A stretch of 63,146 bases of DNA, filler included, from Rhabdomonas costata (taxonomy: Eukaryota): the NCBI GenBank assembly GCA_019059605.1. It is 40 parts of 40 records of this genome, joined end to end, with 100 filler letters (N's around TTAATTAATTAA, not from the genome) between each part and the next. Parts side by side here need not be neighbours in the genome. Positions count along the whole stretch, not along the records: positions 11,074 to 12,554 come from JAHMHO010014819.1; positions 12,655 to 14,136 come from JAHMHO010014820.1; positions 14,237 to 15,718 come from JAHMHO010014821.1; positions 15,819 to 17,300 come from JAHMHO010014822.1; positions 17,401 to 18,882 come from JAHMHO010014823.1; positions 18,983 to 20,463 come from JAHMHO010014824.1; positions 20,564 to 22,045 come from JAHMHO010014825.1; positions 22,146 to 23,626 come from JAHMHO010014826.1; 32 more parts are not named here. One strand, written 5' to 3'. The notes beneath the pieces were generated by a model. That model saw only the letters and a program-made list of their open reading frames with translations. It was not told the DNA's origin and made no database searches. Positions 12,456 through 23,236 of the stretch are shown one piece after another; position 1 is the first letter of the stretch; each line of letters begins with the position of its first letter. Both the position numbers and the translations under genes were made by a program.

Positions 12456-12878
12456 GTCCCACCGTGCCCAACCTTTTTCTAGAAGAAGATGACAGAGAGT
12501 TCCAAAATTGCCCAAGCTCAAAGGACAGCTGCCAGAGAGTCTCGTTGCAACAAANNNNNNNNNNNNNNNNNNNNNNNNNNNNNNNNNNNNNNNNNNNNTT
12601 AATTAATTAANNNNNNNNNNNNNNNNNNNNNNNNNNNNNNNNNNNNNNNNNNNNTGTTGTTTTTACTGCAGAAAAAAAGGCTAATTTACAACTGGGTTGG
12701 GTAATCACTGGTCCACTTCTGAGCAGTGCACCAGCTGAGGTCCGGAACGAAAGGAACTTCTACTAGACCCATACCCATTCAACTATAATCCCATCCCATG
12801 ATCACGCTACAGTGCACAAGGTGTGCATTCTGTTTTGGTTTGTGTGCATTCTGTCTGTGAGTGTGTGGCGGGGGACAC

Positions 12879-14136
12879 CCTGTCCTGTTCGCGGCGGAGC
12901 TGGCAGGTCACCAGCTCGAGCTGCTGGATGGTGCGCTCGGCGTTCAACAGCCGCAGCTGAGCTAGCCGAGGCTCCAGCAGGGCCCTGGCCTGGACGTCCC
13001 GGAACCGCACCTGCCCCAAAAACACGCAGAGAACAAAAAAAAAGAGAGAAAAAGAGCAGCAGCAAAAGAAGAGCTCCATAACAAATACAATACAGAGATC
13101 CCCACAAATTCGTATTTCTTTCTCAAAAACTCGTATTAAAAAATTCCCAAAATTTGGCCACATTGTGATGCAATGGTGATGTTGCCTTCATTGTACAGGA
13201 AAGTATGGAAGCACAACACTTTTCACCCTTTGCGGTGTTGGAGTTGTATCTTGCTTTTTCCTTGCCCTGTAAAGGGAAAGGAAGCACTCTGGACAACCCA
13301 CGCACAGACCTCCTGCTCTGCCAAGGTGCTGCTGCACGCTCCACCGCTCGGCAGAGCAAGCCTGTGACCGGCCGTCTCCGCGGCAAGTGGGGCCATGGCA
13401 CGGGCCCAGCACTCGCAGCACAGCCTCTCAAACTGCGCCGTGGTCTCGGGCTCACCGGTGATAAACTGGCTGTCGTGGAACCAGCCCTGGAAAAGCCGCG
13501 CCAGCTCCTCTTCGGCCTGCCGAAGCCGCCTGGACGAAGAAGTATAACAGCCGATGAGTGAGGGTGTGCGTTTGTGTTTGTGTTAGTGTCTGTTGGCGCA
13601 CAGCGCGCTGACTGTTGCCTGATTTACTGTTGGTCAGTACTGTGGACTGACCGGCGGCGCACGCGCTATTGGCCACAGTGTTGCTCCAGAGGTAACGTTG
13701 GAGTGAAAGAGAGGTGCCGTGGAAAGCTGAAAGCTCCGTGAAACCCTCCCTTCTGCCTCACGGGTCCCGGGCCTTTGTCGCGCAGCTGCGCTGTTCCGAC
13801 CGCTACCGGCACTGAACCATTGCAGTTCAAGTTTCTCACCTGCCCCTGTTATCGCCTCGCGAGGGCGCGCTGACTTGCGGGCCCACACCCACCGACTTGT
13901 CCGTCTGGAGGCTCACTATCGCACCCACCTGGCCCGGCAGTTTTTCCCACCCCCACCCCTCCACAACGGACAAAGACGACGACCCTAAATGCGTCTTGAA
14001 AACCACCGGCAAAAAAATCAGACCCATACCGGTTGAACTCGCAGAGGTTGATGTATGCCAAGGCCGAACCCACACTGACGCACGAGGGGTCGGTTTCCAT
14101 CTGCCGCGTCAGCTCCGCCATCAAGTCCCACCACAC
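12879..14136 (-). CDS. Hypothetical coiled-coil protein (partial, 3-4 exons)
   Basis: GC3-rich AG/GT-bounded exons 13529-13310 (RLRQAEEELARLFQ..AEQE) and 13010-12879 (VRFRDVQARALLEPRLAQLRLLNAERTIQQLE..) are in phase. Upstream exon boundaries are ambiguous. Confidence 0.6.
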
Positions 14137-14421
14137 NNNNNNNNNNNNNNNNNNNNNNNNNNNNNNNNNNNNNNNNNNNNTTAATTAATTAANNNNNNNN
14201 NNNNNNNNNNNNNNNNNNNNNNNNNNNNNNNNNNNNATGTCATTAGGGTACTTTTACATACCCCAATCACATTGAAGAAATCGTTCTATTGACTCACCTC
14301 CCTGTTCCAATTGAGGAGAAGTAGGTCAAGCCTACTTGATGAGACGGACCGTACACTGTATCCAGAACATCTCAACCTTTTTCCCGCACAAAGCACCCTC
14401 CCTGCAGAGAGGGATATAGAC

Positions 14422-15461
14422 CGCGGCGAAGAAAAAGCTTGACGTAGGGGTCGCTCGTGCGCCCGAGGAGGTCACGAACTCTGAGGTTCTTCCCGCTCTT
14501 CACGGTGATGAACGTCAGCACAGGCTGTTATTATTATTTGGAACCAAGAACCAAGAAGAGAGCAAAGTGAGGGGGGCCAACAGAGCACCCCAAAAGGAAT
14601 AGCATGTGCGGGAAGCAGGCCCCAATGCAAAAAATGGAGCAAAAAGGCAAACGGGAACACTCGAAAAACAAGTTGACACTGGAATCGAAAGGGAGCACAC
14701 AGAGACTGAGAGAGATAGAAACCGAAGGCACCGATGGGGCGGACGACGGGGAGCCGACGCGGAGGTCTGGGCTGTTGTCTGCGCTGCGGTGACGCACCCA
14801 CCTCCGGCGTCTACGGACGTTTGGGGTGGACTCCCAGAGCTCGCTGGGCGCGCTGTTCTCCCAGCCCTCGTGGTCCGTCACCCCAGCGCACTTCTCAAAC
14901 TCCCTGGCGACCCAAGGCAGCGAAAGCGCATCACAAATGGAAAGCATCATAATGGCGGTGTGGACGTTATCATGCACGCCGAGAAACCCGAGTCACATGA
15001 AAAGCCGTGGCAAACGCGGCGCGCGTTTGGCGCCACACGGATTTCACTCCGGTGCCGATGTTACCGATCTGTTGCAGAACCGGAACGACAGCGCTCCTCT
15101 GAATACGCGATTACCATGGCTCTGGGGTGGAATTTGTGGGCGTCTCTTTTGGGGTGCAGGCTTCCCTCCGACACGGCTCTGCACAGTTAGAACTGCCGCC
15201 ACAGAGTGGACGGCGCTTTGGGGGTGTACTCGCGGAAATGGGCTTGCCCCCCTCCCCCCACGAAAAAAGGGAGTGCATTGATGCCGAAGGATCACACAAA
15301 CAGGACCATGGGCCGTCCCACTTCCAGCCCTTGGGCAGCAGGTAGCCTTGCATGCTGCGACGCAGGCGTCCAGTTGCATCAGAAAACTTGTGGCAGCCCT
15401 CCCCGAGGCCCTTCGTCGTCCATGACCCACTGGAAGGGTCCAATCTTTGGTTCTCGTAAAT
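14422..15461 (-). CDS. DysF-domain + C2-domain protein (ferlin/TECPR1-like architecture; partial, 3 exons)
   Basis: Exons 15461-15307 (IYENQR..LPKGWKWDGPW, DysF-N), 14903-14732 (DHEGWE..VRRRRRWVRHR, DysF-C) and 14524-14422 (ITVKSGKNLRVRDLLGRTSDPYVKL, C2). GT-AG introns in phase. Confidence 0.85.
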
Positions 15462-18400
15462 CTGGAGCAAAGCACAAGCATGCGATACAAGAAGCAGACC
15501 GCTAACGCACGGGAGGCCTTCAAGCCGATTTTCTCTTCCTTTGGGAGTGGGAGAAGAGTCAGTGCAAGCAATGAATCAGCTAAACTAGTCCTGCAAAGCT
15601 GCAAAGCTACGGGCCAAACTAATCGTTACGTGGTGTTAAGCCGCCACGCGAGACAATCAAAAATCCCAACACCCTCGGCAGCTTCTCCCTTGACAAACCT
15701 CGCACTTGAACCACCCACNNNNNNNNNNNNNNNNNNNNNNNNNNNNNNNNNNNNNNNNNNNNTTAATTAATTAANNNNNNNNNNNNNNNNNNNNNNNNNN
15801 NNNNNNNNNNNNNNNNNNGTGTTGGTTTTCAGTGGGTTGAGGCCCCCGAGCTCAGTGCCCGCATAGCTGCGAAGCGTACCATCTGAACGTAAAATGCTTT
15901 TAGTCCAGACCCTTCCCAATAAAAAGAAACACGTCAGCTTTGGCATGACGTTGCCAAATAATTGGGCTAACGTCGCCGCTTTCGTGTGAAATGATAGTAG
16001 GAATAATAGTAGGAATGCTTTTCTGCGACGGGATCGCTTCTGTTCAGACATTTCTTGCGATTAGCAGCATACTGGAATAGATGCTGGGACATTGTCGTGG
16101 CACTGAATGACCAACGCAATGGCGTGTGTAACGAACGGCTTTTTCTGCAGGGATTCAAAATCGAGTCATGGACGTACGACGAGAAGGGGCGCCGTTGTAT
16201 TATGCGTCCAGTAATTTAACTGCGTAATTAGTTACGTTGAACATGGTGAGGGTGGGTTGCGCTCCACCCTTGACCCCACCTGTCGATTCCCACACTACAA
16301 ACAGAAGAAGCAAAATCGTTTTCATTAAAAAGAAGCTCTTTTTGTTGTGATATAGTAAGCGATAGATGGGGGCAAAGCAGGGTTATAACCCCCTCCCCTC
16401 GCCATTTTAGCAGGTTTACTCCTTAAAAACCGAAAGAAAGCATCGTTGATAGCAGAGTTGAACAGGTGACACATAAGTGCAGAACGCTTTCCTCCTTGTA
16501 AACGATTAGAAAACAAAACAAAGTTCCAGAGGGCGAAGCATGCCCCGGGGTCTTTTGTAAAAACAGTGAACATCTCGAAACGCTGTGTTGTCGGTCTCTG
16601 CACCATCAGGCCGGTGCTCACCCGCGTCTCTCGGCGGCTCTAAGATATCGGGCGCTGGGCTAGGTGTTATTACTCACTGTAAAGGATTACTGCGATTATT
16701 GTGAATAGCGTTTTTGTTGCGCCTGGTAGAACTTATGGCGTGGTGACTGCTGCCGCTTCTCTTGCCTCGGCTTTCTTTTCTTTGCAGTGTCAGTGGTGTG
16801 CTGGCGTTGCTTGGTTGTCGGACCCAATCACCTTGTGCTGCAGTTGTGAAGCGGCATCCACTTTGGGTTGCGTCGTTACCTGTTCGCTAACCCTGCTCGT
16901 TCGGCAAATGGGTTCTTGGTGCATGAGGTGAATGTTCGCGAGATAGCCTGACGCAATGGAGGTAGCATCATCCATGAAATCACCGCCCAATATATCAGTC
17001 TGGATGACGTACGTTTGCAGCACTCAAAAGCCATGTGGCTGCTTTACTTGGAAGCACTGTTGGTATTGTGGCCTGATATTAGACCCCCAGTGCCTTACTT
17101 TACTGATCCCTTCGTTGTCCTTAAACAGCTTGCTGAGAAGTCGTATCAGTTGAAGGTTTCACAGGAGATGAAGGCAGCGCGCGAATACGTTTTTTTCCTT
17201 TCCTTCTCTTCCCCCGCGCAATATATTGTTAGCTCGTTCGCTTATGCCCCTTTGTGTGGTTAGATCTCGTTGCCCGCATTGTTTTGACGGAAAAACACCC
17301 NNNNNNNNNNNNNNNNNNNNNNNNNNNNNNNNNNNNNNNNNNNNTTAATTAATTAANNNNNNNNNNNNNNNNNNNNNNNNNNNNNNNNNNNNNNNNNNNN
17401 ACGTCTGGTGGGGAGTGTGGTGCGCTTAAGCAGAGAGGTGTGATGGCATGACATACAAAGGTGGGGTCTGTGGGTTTGTGGGGTCTGTGGGCGCTGTCTG
17501 TCATGGGAAGAACCACTGGACGCAATATTACATGTGGCTGTACAAATGGTCCTTGAGAAAGCGCGGAGCTCTGGTCTTAACTCTTGTTTTTTGTGCTGTA
17601 ACGGTGGGGCCAGATTTTGAGGCTGGTCTATTGGTGCCTGGCGTTTTTGATCAGTATGGTTTTGTCATTCAAGACAGTGCTGGCTTCAGGGGCATGATTT
17701 GTGCATGATGTGATAGCTTCTTGCCGCTCCCAAACGACACTAACACAGACTTGGGTGTTCCGTGGTTGTTTCTTCCACAATACTAACCTAAAAGTGGCTC
17801 CAGCAGTCTAAAGTAAAATGACGACCATACCACAAGTGTCCAGAACGGGCTATGAGCTCGTATATGTACGGCTTCCTCAGAGTTTTTGTGACTTGAGCTA
17901 GTACAATCTCAGTTCCGTCTTTGCACGAAGTGTGTGTGAACCACATGCTATGACTACGACGACGAATGTAGTATTAAAAAGCCCAGTGGGAACAATGCTC
18001 AACGTTTCTTGGATGTCTGTTTAGTCCCACTGGTAGAATAGAAAGCGACTCCAGACCGACTGAAAGAGTCTCCTAGAATAGTCTATCCAGATGGCGTTGC
18101 GGAAAATGTAGCCGCAGATTCTTTGAAATATTTCATGTGCAAACACGCTTCTAGGCAGTGCACCAATCGACCAGTCAATCAATCAATTGGCGCTGCTTGT
18201 CATTTTCCTAGATGGTTTTTCCACTGCCTGCAGTAGACGAACGAGGGTGTTGTTGGATTTGAATAGCTGTGTATTGTTCACGCAATAAATAGGAACTTAT
18301 TATTTGTAGGCTTTCAAATGCAGTAGTACTCCACACCATCATCAGTGCTGAATCCACAGTTCGAGTTGAAGTCGATTGCCTTGTACCTACGTCCTCCCGT

Positions 18401-19035
18401 GTCATTTTGCATGACTCGAAAACATGTCCGAGAGGTACCTGGACGTTTTTTGTTGGTAACAAGCGCTGGAAGACAACCATGCCATGTCATGGTGAGCCCT
18501 TTCATCCGGAAGTAAAACCAGATGTTCATGTGCTTCACAAATTGCAGCACATAAGCCTGTAAAACCTGGCGGCTCATGGCGGTGTGATCCATCTTGCGCC
18601 ATCCTAGCCCAGTCCCTGTGCTGCCTTGACATAGTTGCTGAGAATGGCATGCCACTGATGCAAAAACCTGTCGCACACCATGTTGGACGTGCCAACTTCA
18701 GGTTCTGGGTGTTTTGTGTAAAAGTTTGTGTAGAGCAGGAAATTGCACGTGCGGAGGAGTAGTTGACATGCATATTTGTGGGCGAAATTGAACTTCAGGA
18801 AGTGCCTGTTCCTTGGTGGAGATCGTAGCCACTTGAATTATTTGATGCCACTACAAAGACCAATCTTTCCGCGAGGCGCCAANNNNNNNNNNNNNNNNNN
18901 NNNNNNNNNNNNNNNNNNNNNNNNNNTTAATTAATTAANNNNNNNNNNNNNNNNNNNNNNNNNNNNNNNNNNNNNNNNNNNNGGTTGGGGGTGTTTGTAT
19001 CCAGTGTCTTGGAGTGGACGATGGGGTGTGCATCT

Positions 19036-19962
19036 GAGGAAGCATTCGAAGACCTGAGAATGCTGACGTCGGAGTGAACGAACGGACCGACCTATGTCGG
19101 GGAGTGAGTGAACCACGCATTTAGGAGGGAGGAACGAAGTGACGACCGACAGCAATCAACTCCCCTTGCGGGCCCCATGACCATGAGCGCAGCGAATGGG
19201 CATGGGGATCAAGGCATCTTTGAGTTCTGCATTTAGGAGGAGATGCGACGAAGGAGCATCGACGACAGCAAGAACCCCACGAAGGCATGTCGAGGGTACC
19301 GAGGCATGCCGTAGTAGCGTATTCCACTGTCGGGATTCTCACGTCCTCTCGAATCCCTCATTCTTCTCTAGCACCGCAGGTAGGGTGAGCGTAACCGTGA
19401 AGCGGTGGAGCGAGCCATCAACAGAGGAAGCATTCGAGGCACCGAGAATGCTGACGTCGTGTGACCCAGTGAACGGAAGCACCTTAGGGTGGTGAAGTGA
19501 ACCACACGTAGAGGAGGGACTCGAGGTACCGAGAGTCACGACGTCATCAAGAGGAGGAACGTACCGACGTCAGTCGGGGAGTGACGACGACCAGCAAATA
19601 CTCCTCTTCTGAGTTCAGTGAACGTAGCCGGGTAGCGGCGGAGTGAACCACCATGCAGAGGAAGGATGCGAGGTACCGAGCATCCTGACGTCATTCAAAG
19701 AGGAACATGAGACATGACCGGAACGCAGTGAAGGGAATGTCGATTGTGACGTCGGAGGAACATGAGCGAGTGCAACGAAGCGATTGTGACGACCAAGGAA
19801 CGAGGAAGGAGCGTAGCGACGACCGAGAGACAGAACTCCAATGAATACCCCTACCCTTGATGAGAGACACGAACAGGAGGCACGAACAACGTGAGAGCCG
19901 AGTGTGAGAGTCGAACCTACCGAGGAACAGGAGACACGAGCATCGCGAGAGTCGAGTGTGAC
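19036..19962 (+). other. Array of about 20 covarying GA-mismatch/GNA-loop hairpins (structured single-stranded nucleic acid element)
   Basis: Repeated GAGGA-[stem]-GA-loop-GA-[stem']-GACGTC and GT-GA-AC-GNA-[stem]-loop-[stem']-GNA-GT-GA-AC modules. Stem sequences differ between copies but stay complementary; see findings. Confidence 0.85.
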
Positions 19963-22703
19963 ACTGTGACTCAGCTTGGCATCGCGGTTCTGTCCCTGCG
20001 GGGCCCTTACCCTTACACTCAACCCCACCACTATAGCCCTTAGACCATCGGAGTGTGGACGTGATGCTTTACCTTGATGCTGATGCGGTGTTGTCGGGGT
20101 GTTGGACTGCGCAAGGACTGACACACCGGTAAGAGTGATGCCCTGACACCGTACCACCACCACCAACGCTACCACCACCAACAGCAAGGCAAGCACAGAA
20201 CGCGTAGACCATTACTAATAGGGTAACACACCCTACGTTGATGGCATACAGGCCCTGTGTCCAACCTCGAAGCAGAGGGATAGGGTGTAGCATGTGTGTT
20301 ATGTGTAAGGTAAGAACGTAGAGGGTGGAACCAAGTGGAAGGGTCGGTACGCCCAAGCAGCAAGGAACCCGTCACCTCTAACGCCAACCCTACACATAGC
20401 CACCACGTGACTGTCTACTAACTGGGCAACCAAGCCCCAACGTTGGACAACCGCACCAAACAANNNNNNNNNNNNNNNNNNNNNNNNNNNNNNNNNNNNN
20501 NNNNNNNTTAATTAATTAANNNNNNNNNNNNNNNNNNNNNNNNNNNNNNNNNNNNNNNNNNNNTGGTGTACTTTTTTGGGCGGGAATTTAGACGGCTCCC
20601 AGCTGCCACGGTATACGGCTTTAACGTTCAAAATTTGTAGTTAACCACCTCAACGCCCCAACCTTTTTTTTTGGGAAGGCGCAGCTTACTGAGTATTCTC
20701 CTTCCGAAGTGTTTTAGGGGAGGGGTTGAGAAATCGCGAGAATTTTCAGAGTCGAGAGACAGAGAGAGAGAATACGACCGAATTCATTATATTGTCGACA
20801 TACGGGATTTGGTATGAATAGTTGACCCGCTAACGATCTGAAGTTCGGCGTGTGACTGCCAAACCTGCAGCCTGGCCACTGACCTTCCCGGTTGGTTTTC
20901 CGGAAGGCGCCCCGCATTCCGCACTCCTTTGACGGCCGTTGGGCGCTGCCGCGGCTTACCTAGGAAAAAATCTGGTACCTGGCTTTTGATTACCGTCCGC
21001 CGCCTTTCGCGGCCCGGGGGGGTTCCTTCGCGACTCCCGCTTTTTCTCGGTGACCTCGCGGTTGTGATTCTTTCTCCTCCTGCAGTAAAGGCACTCCTCA
21101 TTTCAGAAACCGAATCTCCTTCGGTCAAGCATCATCCCTTGCCCGGAAACAAAGGCCCCCACAACACTTACTTTCACCCACATTTTCCCCCTAACGAAAT
21201 TCCCTTTTTGGCCAAATGACCGTTCTGGCCATTCCCCTTGACCATTGCTACTGTCTTTTCCCTGCACAACACCCGCTGCCTTTTTCGTGCTTTATTCCCG
21301 CCTTTGGTTTCCTTTTGTACCGCTTTTCCCCCGCGGACCTTTTGGTCACTTGACCCTACCGGCTTGTTTTTAAATTTTACAAAACTAAAGGAAATTAAGT
21401 ATCCGTAAACCGGGCCCTGAGCCCAGTACGAGGTTCGGGGGCCCGAGCCCTCTCGAGTCGAGTCGAGTCGAGAAGAGAAGAGAAGAAAGCGTTGTTGCCA
21501 CAAGGGCGGAGATAAATCCTGTAGGTCTGTTGGTGGGTCTTCGGAATGAAGATGAAGAAGCGGTGCATTTGGATAAAGCCAGTGCCGAAATGGGAGCAGC
21601 TGGATGGGAAGAAAGTGGAGAACGAAGGCGAAGCAAGAGCAAGCACTTCTGACCGAGGTAAGTCGGGAAAAAGCACAACTCGAGTATATAACACCCTGCC
21701 CGGCAGAAAATCAAAGCGATAGAGGAAAATGGTAGAGAAGGCCGAACCGGAGAGAGAGAAGGCAAGAGATTGAAAGCTGTTTACCTATTTTACAGGTTAC
21801 AGCTAAAAGCTCGGCGGGGCGAGGCTAAAGCGAGGTAGAGGCGAGTCAGGGCTAAAAAGGTTGAGAGCTGAACCTTCTCACTTTCCCCTGTGCTGTGCTC
21901 TGGTGCCGTTCCCTTCTTGTTTGCCTTGTTTTTGGGTTGGAAGGGCGTAAGCGGACGGCTGGGTAGAGGCAAGACCTCCAGGACCCCACCTCCCAGCGGA
22001 ACACTCAAAAGCAAAGGCCTTTGAAACGAGCAGCCAACAAAACCCNNNNNNNNNNNNNNNNNNNNNNNNNNNNNNNNNNNNNNNNNNNNTTAATTAATTA
22101 ANNNNNNNNNNNNNNNNNNNNNNNNNNNNNNNNNNNNNNNNNNNNGGTGTGTGGGACTGCAGCGTTGGGTTCGTTTTGGTTTGAGGTGGCGAATTTCATA
22201 TTCTTCAATTGCGTTCGTTTTTGTTGACTTTTTGGAGGTTTGCCGAGCAAAAGAAATTGCTTTGGTTTTGAACTACTCAGTTTTGAACTTCGATCATCCC
22301 CACGATTGCTCTCCAGATTGGTTTCTGATTGTTTCTCACTGCCATTCCCCAGAAACGTCAGGCGTTTGCAATCATTCTGGGTGTCCTGTCTTCCCGAGCT
22401 CTAATCCCCTTGCACGAGGGCAAGATGCCGGATGGGGGCTAACGGGGGTACCCCTTCCCATCCGGCTCACAGCGGTATGTGCCAGCCTGCTTAGAAGCCA
22501 GCTGGATCATAACGTACCAATATATCTCCGATATCTCTCAAGTGTTGGACGAAATGGTCGCTGGCTGACAAGTCCATTTTTTTGCGATATCTTCGGCTTT
22601 GAATGGACGACATTGCCTGTGTACCTGTGTGTTCTTTGAAGCCTGCTTTTCTTTCGCTGGGCCATTTGTTCTCTCCGGGTCGGTTTCCTTCTTTTCCGTG
22701 CAA

Positions 22704-23236
22704 ATGGGGTGCCTTCGGCTGCGCCAAAGCACCCGCCTCACCTCGATGCTGGTGCTGAACGGCTCCTTCATGGTGGTGGAGCTGGTAGTGGGCCACACCA
22801 CGCACTGCAATGCCCTCACCGCGGATGCCTTCCACATGCTCAGCGACGTGTTCTCCGTGTTGATCGCGCTTCTGGCGGTGCGGTTTGGCGCGAAGCCAGG
22901 TTATTTCAGTAGAGGCGGCAGCGCACGCCGTGCTTCACTTCTACATGCACACGTACTCTTTGTTGATGGAAAAGAAACATGAGACGCTTCTTCCTTTCAC
23001 TGCCAGCGCGGCGACTTCCGAACGGGATCTACGGGGATTTACAAGGCTGAGATTGCCGTTTTCCTTCTTTCCGCCTGTGTTCAGAGAAGTATGTCAGTGA
23101 CCGGTACTCCTTTGGGTGGGCCCGGGCGGAGCTTGTCGGGGCTCTGGTGAACAGCGTGTTTCTGGTGGCGCTGAGCTTTGACCTGGTGATCCAGGCAGCG
23201 ATGGAGTTCTACGAGGGACACACCATCACCTCCCCG
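22704..23236 (+). CDS. Cation diffusion facilitator zinc transporter, ZnT1/ZRC1-like (5' part, 2 exons)
   Basis: Exons 22704-22899 (M..ELVVG..NALTADAFHMLSD) and 23085-23236 (RYSFGWARAELVGALVNSVFL). CDF signature present; GT-AG phase-1 intron. Confidence 0.93.

Noticed and set aside
13840-13930. Additional GC donor at 13855
   Set aside because: An all-GT-AG alternative exon model fits equally well, so it is ambiguous.
15819-16220. Frame with many in-frame TAA/TAG suggesting stop-codon reassignment
   Set aside because: The conserved genes in the window have no internal stops and end in TAA or TAG (delta-COP, purple acid phosphatase, receiver domain).
19036-19962. CRISPR array, hammerhead ribozyme array, tRNA cluster or CRE enhancer
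   Set aside because: No identical repeats with unique spacers, no CUGANGA/GAAA core and no cloverleaf or T-loop. TGACGTC occurs only as part of the hairpin base.
19615-20196. 193-aa minus-strand ORF with a signal-peptide-like start
   Set aside because: No ATG in that frame, and the S/R/V-rich body is simply the antisense of the GA-rich hairpin array.
20564-22045. ORFs in this contig
   Set aside because: Low-complexity sequence with no domain or consistent exon chain.
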